Shown here piece after piece: positions 19,011 to 29,331 of a stretch of 59,400 nt of DNA. How positions within the stretch are numbered: position 1 is the first letter of the stretch; each line of letters begins with the position of its first letter. The stretch is from a virus (taxonomy: Duplodnaviria; Caudoviricetes). Both the position numbers and the translations under genes were made by a program. The notes beneath the pieces were generated by a model, which was not told the origin of the DNA, searched no databases, and saw nothing but the letters and a program-made list of their open reading frames with translations. The stretch covers positions 1-59,400 of IMG/VR virus record IMGVR_UViG_3300032046_000028. One strand, written 5' to 3'.

Positions 19011-20006
19011 TTAAAGTCCAGCTTTCCTTGCCAATTTGCGTATGCCCTCTAACACGTCAGGACTCTTCAACAAATCTAGCATTTCCCGATCCTTATCACT
19101 CAGTCCCGCAACCACTTTTCGCCCGCTAATGTCCAAGCTTTCTATGAACGCTTTCGGATACCTTTCTTCCACTTCTTGCTGCAACGATTGCAAATACGTC
19201 ATATCACTCAACGGAATCGTTTTTCCAACAACAAATTTGATTTGAAACTCGTTGAAACCCGCACGACTCAAACCACTCATAACCCACTTCCGCAACAAAT
19301 GCGAATGAACTCGACCCGTAACCAACACATGAGCATCCCTAGCAAGATGTTTCAACATTCCGTTTAGGCCCTCTTTTGTGGTATAGCTGAAAAGGTGTTC
19401 GCCATGCCAACCTGTCTTAAGCCATTCGCCGATCCACTCGATAGCAAGTGGATTTAACACGCCCAACCTTACGGCTCCAGTCTTTCCCCGCTGATGAATA
19501 AAATACACGTATTCTTGCCTCTGCTCACGCGCTCGATAAATCAAACTTTCAATAAAGGCCCGTTTCAACTGCAACAACGCTTGGACTTCCCAACCTAAAC
19601 TACAAAACGTCGAAAGAATTGCTTTCTGTTCTATGCCTGCAACCCCGAACATTTTCACTAAATCCTGCGTAGAAAACACATGACTAGAAAGGTCAATGAG
19701 AATATGGGCACGCTTTCCCCTTAACCGCAGAACCTTATCGTTGTGACTACAAAAACTGCCCAATGCCGTAAGAACAGACAAGACCGTGTTTTGACTCAAC
19801 TTTTCTTTTCTCCAAGGCGGCAACCAACCGTTCAAAGCCTCATTCTGAAACCGTAAAGCAACATGCCGCAAGTCTTTCGGTTCTAAAGCTAGAAATGCTT
19901 CTAAAGGCTTACGATACCATTCAAGAAACAACCGCATACCTGTCATGTAAATATGCCTCGTTGACTGAGTGCGACAGTCCCCTAGCCAATCCTCCAGCAA
20001 ACTCAA
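19011..20006 (-). CDS. Tyrosine recombinase/integrase
   Basis: N-terminal SAM-like domain, RGKTG, HLLRKW, VG…Y. Confidence 0.85.
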   Translation of the reverse strand: MSLLEDWLGDCRTQSTRHIYMTGMRLFLEWYRKPLEAFLALEPKDLRHVALRFQNEALNGWLPPWRKEKLSQNTVLSVLTALGSFCSHNDKVLRLRGKRAHILIDLSSHVFSTQDLVKMFGVAGIEQKAILSTFCSLGWEVQALLQLKRAFIESLIYRAREQRQEYVYFIHQRGKTGAVRLGVLNPLAIEWIGEWLKTGWHGEHLFSYTTKEGLNGMLKHLARDAHVLVTGRVHSHLLRKWVMSGLSRAGFNEFQIKFVVGKTIPLSDMTYLQSLQQEVEERYPKAFIESLDISGRKVVAGLSDKDREMLDLLKSPDVLEGIRKLARKAGL

Positions 20007-20247
20007 CCCTTTCTCCCTCCATCAAGACCTTTCGGTAACATCCTTAAAAACATAATCAAACATTCCGCGTTAGTACTTTGATATACGCCGATAAGTCGTT
20101 AGCGTATAAACGATTCGACAAACCCGAAAAGCTTCCGCGAACCCTCTGACATTGATGGTTCTTTTTGACCGTACAATTTAGAAAAGAAAGAGGTTTAGTA
20201 AACTTTATAAGCCACTTGTGGTATAGTAAACCGTTGAGGGATGAAAG

Positions 20248-21280
20248 ATGAGCATTCAAAAAGGAACAAGAATTTGGGAACCTACAGCAAACATGACAGC
20301 GAAAGAAATAGAGCAGTTAAACATGAGACTGAAGTTGTCGGGAAAGAAGTGTAAAGATTGTGGCTTGACTAAGAACCTTACAAAAATCAATGAGAAGCCA
20401 GAATTTGTTTGTCTTGATTGCTGGGACAAGAAAGGATATGAATACGATCCTACTCCTTGGTGATAAAAAAATGGTCGATGTAGATAAGGGCTTCAGCAAA
20501 GAAGAAAGGGAGAACATAAAGGATGCACTTAAAGACTCAGTTTGTTTTTTTGGAGAAGGCAAATGCTCTATGCAATGTATTTGGCTAGCTGTGTGTGATA
20601 AATGTGATGATGAAGGTAAGATGACTCCATTCTGTAGGCTGTCTTTCGAGGATGTTGTCTATGGCGATGAAGTAAGGAAGGACATTGAAGGGGACGATGT
20701 TTGTTCAACAGAATATCACTTTGCTAATTATGGAGAAGTTAGTGAGGCGCAAAAACTATGAGTCCTTACGCTAATAAGGAGAAGCAGAAGGCGTACATGC
20801 GAGACTACGCACGCAAAAAACGGGTACAATTCAAGAAACTGTTAGAAGCATATGAGAATAGAAGGAAGGAATGGAAATGAATGACCCTAAACTGTATCTT
20901 TGCGATTTCGGCTACGGCATACTACGATATGATATAGGCCGACTCTCTATCTTGGAGCATCACAGCAAAGAAGGCGACTACACAGGAGTTGGCTGGGGAT
21001 GCGACTTTGATTTCAAACTGTTAGAGTTCACACGGAAAATGAAAGACTTTCTAAAGGGTAACTGCGGAAAGAAAACCAAGAAGGAGAAAACATGAATGAA
21101 GGTTACATAGAAGGCAAGGGACAGAGAACGTGGTATGATGTCTGCGTAAAATGCACTCGGATAGTCTCGCCTAGGCATACTTCTTGCCCTAAATGTGGTG
21201 GTACTGAGTTTGTGGGAACTATCAGGGCTTCAGATGGTGGAGTTCGACAAAAAGAGTTGCGTCTGGCTTCTGAAAAGTGA
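20248..21280 (+). other. Cluster of small, mostly Cys-rich rightward ORFs (20248..20463, ~20471..20761, 20871..21095, 21092..21280)
   Basis: Closely packed ORFs after a TATA-like TTTATAA at ~20204; CxxC pairs. Confidence 0.55.
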
Positions 21281-21483
21281 TACTTGTCCACTATCTGCAT
21301 ACTATTTGAGATACTATGTGTGAATGGTGAAGAAGTACAACCGCCTTCTTCGAATAAGAACTTCTAGGAACTCCCATGAATCTACGGTTCTTTTTTGTGG
21401 TCGCGTCAGGACATATTCGATTCTGAAAAGTCCATGTCAGAAAGAAACAAAAAGGGAAAGTTTGCCGTGTTCCACCTTTTTGG

Positions 21484-21846
21484 CTACAGCGTGCACGTTG
21501 CCTCGAAATTGTATTGAGTTGCCGCAGCACCAGTCCATGTAAAGTCCGCTAATCCACTACCGTCCGTTATAGCATTGCCATATCCAATCCAATTATAAGT
21601 CACTCCGTCAGTAGAAGCCAAAAAACTCACTGTAACTCCAACAACTCCGCCTAATGCTGGAGTCAAAACTTGCGCTTGCAAATACATTCCAGAGCTAGGT
21701 ATGTAGTATGCTTGTGTTATTGTGATGGTGTATCTGAGGTCAACATAGACTGGAGCACTTGTTATCGTGAACGCAGCATACACCATTCCCGCACATATCA
21801 CTGCTATCAACGCAGTTACGGCTAGAACCTTCATCCTCTTCATCAT
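21484..21846 (-). CDS. Secreted Ig-like domain protein
   Basis: GGAGGTGA SD, signal peptide, GVTVSF…TDGSGLADFTW. Confidence 0.7.
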   Translation of the reverse strand: MMKRMKVLAVTALIAVICAGMVYAAFTITSAPVYVDLRYTITITQAYYIPSSGMYLQAQVLTPALGGVVGVTVSFLASTDGVTYNWIGYGNAITDGSGLADFTWTGAAATQYNFEATCTL

Positions 21847-21898
21847 ATTTTTCACCTCCCCTTTCCTCCTCAATAGGTTCTTAACGTGAACCGTTCGG

Positions 21899-22282
21899 TC
21901 AAACGTGACTGTCAAATTTGTCTTTAGTTTTTGAAACGTATTCGGCGATAAACCAATAATTACCGTTATGAATTGCTGACCAACAGAAAGTTGCTGTTCC
22001 ATCACGCAAGGATATGTTGTGGCCTATTTCTTTCCGATTGTCGCCGTCTGAATTGCATGTGTAAAAGTGGATTGTTGCTTCTGCAACGTCTTCGGTTTTA
22101 TGAGGGTTCTGATTGTGTGTTAAGTGGGCGGTTAGGGTGACGGTGCTATAATGCGCTGTTGCAGTTAATGAAAGAGTATAGTGCTTGTTGGGTTTGGCGT
22201 TATAGAAACACGCGAATACTGACGGAGCAAAAACTAGAATAATCAAGAATAGTATCGAGAATATTCTCAGGGCTTTTGCCAT
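21899..22282 (-). CDS. Secreted Ig-like domain protein
   Basis: Signal peptide, VTLTAHL…ATIHFY…DGTATF…GNYWFIAEY. Confidence 0.7.
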   Translation of the reverse strand: MAKALRIFSILFLIILVFAPSVFACFYNAKPNKHYTLSLTATAHYSTVTLTAHLTHNQNPHKTEDVAEATIHFYTCNSDGDNRKEIGHNISLRDGTATFCWSAIHNGNYWFIAEYVSKTKDKFDSHV

Positions 22283-22391
22283 TTTGGTCAATCAACTAAT
22301 TAAATTCGCGGTTCTTAATTAATGGTTATGAAACCTTCTTCTAGGCGTAAAATCTATGAGAAATGTTGGGTCTTGTCGAAGACACATTCGA

Positions 22392-24056
22392 TTACGTTAG
22401 CCAACTTGTCTGGTTCCAACTTAGATTAGCGTGACTGTTTATTCCGCCAAGAATAATTCCTGCCGTAACAGAATCATAACAATCCATTCCGATAAAAGTA
22501 TTATAGTCTATGTAAGTGCTAGATTCAGTTTCGTAAACTCCATACTTCCAGCGGTCTGTTCCCGTTCCCTCTACTGGACGGCCAATGCGGATGTTGCTGA
22601 AAAGATTGTTTGTTGACACTTGATAAAATGCGGTTCCCGTTTTGTTCAAAGTGATTGCGGCAAAAGTCACGTAAGCGTTGCTTGCTGAAGTTTTTATGTA
22701 TCCATTGCTGAACTGAGAACCTCTGCAACCTTTAAGGTCTAAACCTGAAACGTTCCTGTTTGTAACATCAAGAGTGAAAGTTCCCATAGTAACTTCTTTG
22801 CTTTCAAAAATGATTATTGAACCGTCAGTCTGGAAAGTTGAAAATTGCAGAGGTCCCGCACCTGTTATGTAAATGGCAATTGATGTGTCACTTCCCCAAT
22901 GGCCCCCTACAAACTGTGTATCACCAATGCCGTACACGTATAAGCCATATCTGTAACCATTCGCATCAACCTCACTAACATGAAAAATGTACGGGTAACT
23001 GCCACCATTACCTTCCAAATGCAACCCATCCACGATACAGTTTTGAAGCTTCAAGTTTCTAATCCATATTTCCCTATTGTTATAGAGAGCGCTTGTAGTA
23101 CCAGTCCAGTTTATACCATGACCACCATGCCAACTTATATCCGCGCCGCCGTCCCACACTCCGCCTTCAATTATTACATGACCATCATAAACTGTAGGAT
23201 GCGCGTTTTGAAGTATACTAATATGGCTTGCGCCATCCAACGACACCATACCATCCAAAATGATGTGTGTATAGCTTGAAACAAGAATAGTGTTGGAAAT
23301 TGTAAAGTTGCCTTTCAAATAGACGGTTTCCATCCAAGTTCTGCCTACGGTCAAGTTTTCAAGAGCATTGTTTATTACCTGAGAAGCATTCGTTCCCGAC
23401 GTGAACAACGTGCTATTCGCACCATGCCATGCCCTATACGTCGAACCGCTAACGTCTATGATGAATGTGGCAGGCCCAACAAAACCGAGACTTTGATTGC
23501 CCAAATAATAATTGTCGCCGTCAATTGAAGTGCTGTTCATCCAACTGCTAAAAACAGCGTTCGCCGTCGTCAACGAACCTGAATCCAGATTAGAATCCCA
23601 AGCAAGCACGCCTGCCTTCCAACAGCGAATACGTCCCGCGTTGCGGTCTTCAAGCGTTGCGGTTGCGCCTGCATTAATCGTGACTGTGATGCCGCTTGCG
23701 CCTTTGTCAAGGGTGAGCCACACGTTTGTTTTCAACGTAACCGACGCCGTGTAAGTGCCATTACGCACGAAAATGCTGCCTTGCGTTGCAGAAACGTTGC
23801 CGATTACGTTTGTCAAGACTTCAGTTGCATTACTGAGAAGTTCAATCACCATTAGCGTTGACATGTTGCGTGAGGCATAGAACGTGCTGTTGTACTGCCA
23901 AACTATAACGTCAACTTCGCTCCAAGCTTCAAGGGGATCTTCAGGTTGCCCGCTAATCTTCACATTTGCTGTTTGCCAATAACTCTGAATTAGTGCTCCA
24001 GAAACAAGTCCGAGTAAGAGGAATGAGATTCCGAACAGAAACAGGGCTTTGCGCAC
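22392..24056 (-). CDS. Secreted pectin-lyase-like beta-helix protein
   Basis: Signal peptide, INNAL…VYLKGNFTI, IEGGVWDG, beta-helix periodicity, many N-x-S/T sequons. Confidence 0.75.
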   Translation of the reverse strand: MRKALFLFGISFLLLGLVSGALIQSYWQTANVKISGQPEDPLEAWSEVDVIVWQYNSTFYASRNMSTLMVIELLSNATEVLTNVIGNVSATQGSIFVRNGTYTASVTLKTNVWLTLDKGASGITVTINAGATATLEDRNAGRIRCWKAGVLAWDSNLDSGSLTTANAVFSSWMNSTSIDGDNYYLGNQSLGFVGPATFIIDVSGSTYRAWHGANSTLFTSGTNASQVINNALENLTVGRTWMETVYLKGNFTISNTILVSSYTHIILDGMVSLDGASHISILQNAHPTVYDGHVIIEGGVWDGGADISWHGGHGINWTGTTSALYNNREIWIRNLKLQNCIVDGLHLEGNGGSYPYIFHVSEVDANGYRYGLYVYGIGDTQFVGGHWGSDTSIAIYITGAGPLQFSTFQTDGSIIIFESKEVTMGTFTLDVTNRNVSGLDLKGCRGSQFSNGYIKTSASNAYVTFAAITLNKTGTAFYQVSTNNLFSNIRIGRPVEGTGTDRWKYGVYETESSTYIDYNTFIGMDCYDSVTAGIILGGINSHANLSWNQTSWLT

Positions 24057-24301
24057 GTTCGTATGCCTCAGACATTATCTTTACGTTTGTATATATAAAA
24101 CATTGCCTAATGTGAAGGAAAAGTAGAACATTTTATATACTAATGTCAAGCATAGACTTGTCAGAGACTTCTAAAAGAAACTTTCGCCTTTCCAAACGGA
24201 ATGGTGGCTTCAGCAAAGTGACTCACAAACGAAGTGAAGTATCGCTTCAAAGGCGAGCAGCCCAAAAATACATCTTAGACACTAGCTATCGCGACCCCAT
24301 C

Positions 24302-25052
24302 ATGGCAGAAACTGTTTCGCGAACGGATTTTCATGCGGTTCTCGACTATCTTGGTAAACAGTTTGAAATGACCTTGCCAGGAGTCAGCGATGTGATAAAG
24401 GGAGAAGTCTTAAGGGATTCGCGGGGTCATGGCAGTATTCCTCTTGCCGTTACAAAACAAATGGTGAAAGTGTCCAGCAAGAAATTTCCGATAATGAGAT
24501 GAAAGAAATGAGTGTACCCGAAATAAAAATGGAAAAGTTCGATTCAATCCAAGAATTAGTCAAAACGTTGAGGCTTGCAGAAATCGAGTCTCACAAAATA
24601 GGCAAACAAATGCAGATCGACCAAGACGGTTTGGAAGAATTAGGTATCCGCTGCAATTCCGTCACTAACTGCGTGGAAGTCGGCAAACGCTGCTTCAAAT
24701 GCAAAAACAACTATGCATGCCGAAGTTACTTCCGCGACTTGCTTCAGAAAGACGCTGATGTTTCCGTCTACGCAAATGATGCCTCTTGTTTTGCAGCAAT
24801 CACAGAGGAATAGGAATGGATGAAGTAATTTGCGAGTTTAAAGAAAGATGCACTAGCTTCCAAAAAACTGTGAATTGGGTAGATTTGTGTGCGAATTGCC
24901 AGAACAATAAGGGCAAAAAGAACTATTACGTACCACAACCGTACCCATACGTTCCTTGGATTCCTTGGTATTCCACAATCATTTGGACAACCACAAACGG
25001 GATAGTTTCAGGGACAGTTTCAACGAATCAGAGTTTCTATAAACCAATGTGA
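24302..25052 (+). other. Three small ORFs (24302..24502, 24499..24813, 24816..25052), two Cys-rich
   Basis: Coupled ORFs; C…C…CxxCxNN motif shared by the last two. Confidence 0.5.
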
Positions 25053-25064
25053 GGTGACCAAACA

Positions 25065-25490
25065 ATGAGAAAATTAGCTTGGTTCGTCATAATCGTATTC
25101 GGCTTAGTATTGGCTCTTGCTATTGCTTCTGCTGTTAGTCCTCCGTTTAAAGAAGCTTTTTCCTCAATGTTAAACGGCGTCGGAGGCGGCATACTCACAA
25201 ATGTGGGCAACGGTCTTCAGTATTTAGGCGACATTGCAAGCACAAACGTAACAAACATTGTCATAAGTGGAGGTTCCTTATTGATTGCTGGCGGAATCCT
25301 TTTTGGATATGTTGTCAGAAAACTTTGGGCAAAACGACCACAATTCCTCAAGAAAGAAAAAGAAACACAACCGCCAATCATGCGGGAACCCACAAGTGTC
25401 ATCATTCGAGAAGTGCCTGTGGGAACGTCAACTCAGGCACCAACTGCCCCGCAGAAGCCTAAAGAAGAAACTCAAGAGGTCCCAGCATAA
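25065..25490 (+). CDS. Two-TM membrane protein with Pro/charged tail
   Basis: GAGGTGA SD; two hydrophobic segments; TAATG coupling to the GTPase. Confidence 0.75.
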   Translation: MRKLAWFVIIVFGLVLALAIASAVSPPFKEAFSSMLNGVGGGILTNVGNGLQYLGDIASTNVTNIVISGGSLLIAGGILFGYVVRKLWAKRPQFLKKEKETQPPIMREPTSVIIREVPVGTSTQAPTAPQKPKEETQEVPA

Positions 25491-26431
25491 TGGAAACTAT
25501 CCGCGACATAAACCCGTTCAAATCAGGACAAAAACTAAAACGAGTCATCGTAGTCGGCAGCCGAGGAAGCAGCAAAACAACAGCTCTCGGATGTCTCAGC
25601 CTAGCCGCAGACTTGAAAAGTACACGAGAACGAAACTTTAAACATTTCATCCACGAAAAAACCAGCGGCATCCGACAAGTGCCATCGGACTTGTGTTCAG
25701 GATATTTCCCAGAACCCACACCGCCAGGGCTCATTTACGAAGCAGATATGCACCTAGTTTGGAAAGGAACGTTCGGCGAAAGAAGCCTCATGCTACCCTT
25801 CTGCGAAACAGCTGGCGAGGATATGGAAAACCTTGCGGGTCCATATAAGTCGGGCGTGTATTCGCAAGCGGAAGATTGGCAAAACGCTGACGTACTCAAC
25901 AAGTACATCTGCGATAGCAACGGCTACATCCTAGTGGCACCCGTCAGCCGAGCGCATATTGCTGGCGTGCCGCAGATGGATGAAGAAACCATCGGACCCA
26001 AAGGCAGACCGCACGATCCAGACCTTGTACTATCCAGAATTTTGGCAGCGATTTATGCTTACAAAAAGAAAACACGGAGTCCGCCGATTGAGGGCATTGC
26101 TGTTTTACTTACGAAGTATGATGCGATTGAAAACTTTCTGAAAAGCAGAGGCATGAACCTTTTCGATCCAATAGGCGCGCAGACGTTTCTCTCCACTTAT
26201 TTCCGACAGACCGCGGGTTTACTTAAGTTTTATGGGCTTGAAAAAATCAAGTTCTTTCCCACGTTTGTTCAAGTAGAAAAACTGAAGCAACCAGACGGTT
26301 CGATAGCGTTTGCGAAGCGGGAAGATGGCAGTTACAAAATCGTAGTTGACACGGAACGGAACTTGCCAATTTTCAGTGAACAAAGCTATTACAGCCTGAT
26401 TGATTGGCTCAGAGACACATTTGCATCGTGA
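25490..26431 (+). CDS. TRAFAC-class GTPase (double-GTPase-2-like)
   Basis: G1 GSRGSSKT, switch I FPEPT, G3 ETAGE, G4 TKYD. Confidence 0.8.
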   Translation: METIRDINPFKSGQKLKRVIVVGSRGSSKTTALGCLSLAADLKSTRERNFKHFIHEKTSGIRQVPSDLCSGYFPEPTPPGLIYEADMHLVWKGTFGERSLMLPFCETAGEDMENLAGPYKSGVYSQAEDWQNADVLNKYICDSNGYILVAPVSRAHIAGVPQMDEETIGPKGRPHDPDLVLSRILAAIYAYKKKTRSPPIEGIAVLLTKYDAIENFLKSRGMNLFDPIGAQTFLSTYFRQTAGLLKFYGLEKIKFFPTFVQVEKLKQPDGSIAFAKREDGSYKIVVDTERNLPIFSEQSYYSLIDWLRDTFAS

Positions 26432-26441
26432 GGCTAATACG

Positions 26442-26810
26442 GTGCGGTGTGAACAGATTTTCCGAGGCTACGTCAAAGGATACGGCATAAGATATTTGAA
26501 AACGCCCTGTGTAGATCAACTTCTCAACAATGACAGCCTCAGAAAGATTCTGGAACAAAACGTAGATTCAGACAAAACGTTAGAAACCAAAATTAATTTT
26601 CCAGAAGAAAACGTGTTAGCTGTTTCGTTTCTAAGAACAATTTTTGACGATTACGGCAGAAAAACCGTTTGGAACAATACCATCCTCATTGACCTGTCCG
26701 CGTTTGCGGAAGAAGCGAAACCAGAAAATCTTGTTTCTTCTCTCCTTTTGAGAAATCCTGAACAGCCACCTGAAAAACTGTTTCCCTTAGAAGTGAACGT
26801 GAATGGCTGA
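26442..26810 (+). CDS. GAP1-N/longin-like GTPase-associated protein
   Basis: EQIFRGY…GYG and DDYGRK…NNTILI motifs; position after the GTPase. Confidence 0.55.
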   Translation: MRCEQIFRGYVKGYGIRYLKTPCVDQLLNNDSLRKILEQNVDSDKTLETKINFPEENVLAVSFLRTIFDDYGRKTVWNNTILIDLSAFAEEAKPENLVSSLLLRNPEQPPEKLFPLEVNVNG

Positions 26811-27141
26811 CGAAAAAGTGCACCGCGAAAGCATTATTGACCAGCCAAGCATGACTAGCGTAGTCACCAAAGAATACCTTGTTTTGCCCTTCAGTGACGT
26901 TGTGATTCATAAAAAGTTTTTTGAGTTCTGGACCGTTTTCGCGTTTGTAGGCACTAGCATACTTTGGGGAATAGGCGTTTTCACAACCGTTTACCAAGGC
27001 TTCGCAGCGTCAGTGTTATCGGGAATGGCAGTTCATCCTGAACTGGCGATTTTTGTCTTTGCCATGTTTGGTCTGTTGGTCTTCATCGTTTACAAGATTA
27101 ATCATCCAAAACGAAAAAAGGTTCCAACAGTGATAAAATGA
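26803..27141 (+). CDS. Two-TM membrane protein
   Basis: Two hydrophobic helices, basic C-terminus. Confidence 0.7.
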   Translation: MADEKVHRESIIDQPSMTSVVTKEYLVLPFSDVVIHKKFFEFWTVFAFVGTSILWGIGVFTTVYQGFAASVLSGMAVHPELAIFVFAMFGLLVFIVYKINHPKRKKVPTVIK

Positions 27142-27488
27142 CTGAGACTGAAAAGGTTCCATTTTTCCGTAGATTGCTGGAAGGATTGGCTGATAGAATT
27201 AAAAGACATTATTTTGAGAGTGACATGCACAGATATGAACAAACAGCATGGAAAGTCAAAGGAGCAGTTGACCAGTACCTCAAGAACCATTCATACCGAT
27301 TTGTAAGCAATGTGGTTCCAGATCCAGAAGACGATTGGCCAAAGGTTGATGTGAAAGTTCAAGTCAGTACAGCGAATTACCAAACACTTCTAAAGTTATG
27401 GGAAGAAGTCTCCGAGTATGTCTATCCGCAAATTCCAACTCGTGATCTACAGGGTGTCTTCATAAGCATGCATATGTTGGAAGGTTGA
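27138..27488 (+). CDS. Hypothetical soluble protein
   Basis: ATGA coupling. Confidence 0.6.
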   Translation: MTETEKVPFFRRLLEGLADRIKRHYFESDMHRYEQTAWKVKGAVDQYLKNHSYRFVSNVVPDPEDDWPKVDVKVQVSTANYQTLLKLWEEVSEYVYPQIPTRDLQGVFISMHMLEG

Positions 27489-27492
27489 AAAT

Positions 27493-28023
27493 ATGAGCAA
27501 AACAACAACTGCAATCCTAAGCATAATCGCCCTAATCGTAGGCTTCGTGCTGTACTATACGGGTCTGTTGAATCCCGTGTTTGCATGGCTCAATGCGAAC
27601 GTATGGTTGCATATCACCAACTTCTTCGGCTTCCTGAAAGCAAACCCGATTGCGTCAACAGCCCTCGGCAGCCTCAGCGGAGGCGGCGTTCTTGCTGTTG
27701 CCAAAAGCGTTTACACTGGTCAGAAAAACACGGCAGTAGCAGAAGTAACAAGCCAAAGTCAAACGCAGATTAACAGCATTGGCAATCAGCTTTTCCAAGC
27801 AAACAACGCGGTAACAGAGTCAGAAAAGACAATAGCAACGTTGCAGGCGCAGATTACGGAACTTAAAGCGCAGAAACCTGACGATTCAGCCTTGTTTGAA
27901 AGCCAACAGCTTGTCATAGCAAAACAGCAAGAACTGGAACGGCTTAGAAGCGACTACAACGCCTTGGTCAGAATCAAGGCTGAACAGGACCTGCACCCGA
28001 AAGAAGTAGTGATAGTGAAATAA
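27493..28023 (+). CDS. Membrane-anchored coiled-coil protein
   Basis: N-terminal TM, Gly-rich second segment, Q/E-rich heptads. Confidence 0.7.
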   Translation: MSKTTTAILSIIALIVGFVLYYTGLLNPVFAWLNANVWLHITNFFGFLKANPIASTALGSLSGGGVLAVAKSVYTGQKNTAVAEVTSQSQTQINSIGNQLFQANNAVTESEKTIATLQAQITELKAQKPDDSALFESQQLVIAKQQELERLRSDYNALVRIKAEQDLHPKEVVIVK

Positions 28024-28255
28024 GATGGATTTTGAGTCTTTGCCTTCCTGCCACGATATAGAAATCAGTCTTTGCGATAAATGCGTACAGTCTTTTCGTG
28101 GCAATTTGAAGTGCCAAAACTGTTTCGGGTTTGACAAGGTGAAATAATGGAATGTAAAGGATGTTTTCTTGAATCTTGGCAACATGGTATCGTTCATGCT
28201 GCTTGCGTCAATTGTGTAAGAAAGGACATGGAAAAGCTAAAAACGGTGAAATAGG

Positions 28256-28657
28256 ATGGATGCTAAAGCTGGACTTGCAATTCTCAGCCTCTTCGTAGTG
28301 GGCATAGTTTTAGCGGCCAGCGTCGCAACCTACTATCAAACCGCAAACGTCGTAGCCCTCCCCATAATCACATACATGGATGATACGCCGCTTGAAGCGA
28401 ACGCTACGATTGATTGGGGTACGCTTTACGCAGGAACAGCAAACGAGTTTAACTTCACCGTCTACAACAATATGACAGAAGCCCACACCATTTACCTGAT
28501 GATTCAATATTTACCAGCGGGTTGGACGCAGACGTGGATTGGCAACGGCACATTACTGCAGAACCAAACTGGTGTCAGTTTTCCGCTTGTCCTAACAGTT
28601 CCAGCATCGGCAGAAAGTAAACAGTATATTTGGCAACACCAAATAGTGACAGGATGA
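28256..28657 (+). CDS. Secreted TasA/bundling-pilin-like protein
   Basis: Signal peptide, IDWGTLYAG…FTVYN…LVLTV, N-glycosylation sequons. Confidence 0.55.
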   Translation: MDAKAGLAILSLFVVGIVLAASVATYYQTANVVALPIITYMDDTPLEANATIDWGTLYAGTANEFNFTVYNNMTEAHTIYLMIQYLPAGWTQTWIGNGTLLQNQTGVSFPLVLTVPASAESKQYIWQHQIVTG

Positions 28658-29081
28658 AAGAAACGATTAAACGGTTAAAAACCGACGCAATCCATTTAGA
28701 TAGGAACATTCGCACAGCAATTCGGATGTCAAACAACAAGCAAGAACAGGAAGCCCTAGAAAAAGCCGCAGACTTTCTAGTTCACCAAGTAATAGAATTT
28801 CTCAGAACCGCAGAACAGGTTCCGTAATGAAACGCAGAAACAAAATCCTAGCCGTTCTTGCCACAGCCATGCTAGTGTGGATTGCCACCCCCATTCCTGA
28901 AGGCACAATCATCATAGCATTGTTAAGTGGCGTGACGGGCTACACGATTTTTCCAGACTGGCACTTTTCTGTGTTGACTTCAATAGTTGGGTGCGTAGTC
29001 GGTTCGGTTGTAATTTGGAAGTTTCAGCTTTTCAAAAAAGTTAAACTATGGGCAAATAAAGTGAAGAAAATTGAAACTTGA
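28654..29081 (+). other. Small helical protein (28654..28827) and multi-TM protein (28827..29081)
   Basis: Coupled ORFs; hydrophobic segments in the second. Confidence 0.55.
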
Positions 29082-29094
29082 TGGTTTTGTGAAG

Positions 29095-29328
29095 TTATTC
29101 TTCTTCTTCGTCTAATTCCTGCATTAATCCTAGTACGCGAACAGTAGAGTTTGCAAGCGAAAGAGCAGTAAGTAAGTCTCCGCCTTTGACACCTAAATTC
29201 AACAGGTTTTCCAAATCTCCCGTCAACTTGTCCACTTTAGCCAAATGGTCACTGACTTCTGCCCGTTCCAACTTAATTTCTTCAATTTTCGCCATTATTT
29301 CCTTCAATCTACTCATATTGTCGTTCAC
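29095..29328 (-). CDS. Hypothetical helical protein
   Basis: GGAGGTGA SD. Confidence 0.55.
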   Translation of the reverse strand: MNDNMSRLKEIMAKIEEIKLERAEVSDHLAKVDKLTGDLENLLNLGVKGGDLLTALSLANSTVRVLGLMQELDEEEE

Positions 29329-29331
29329 CTC

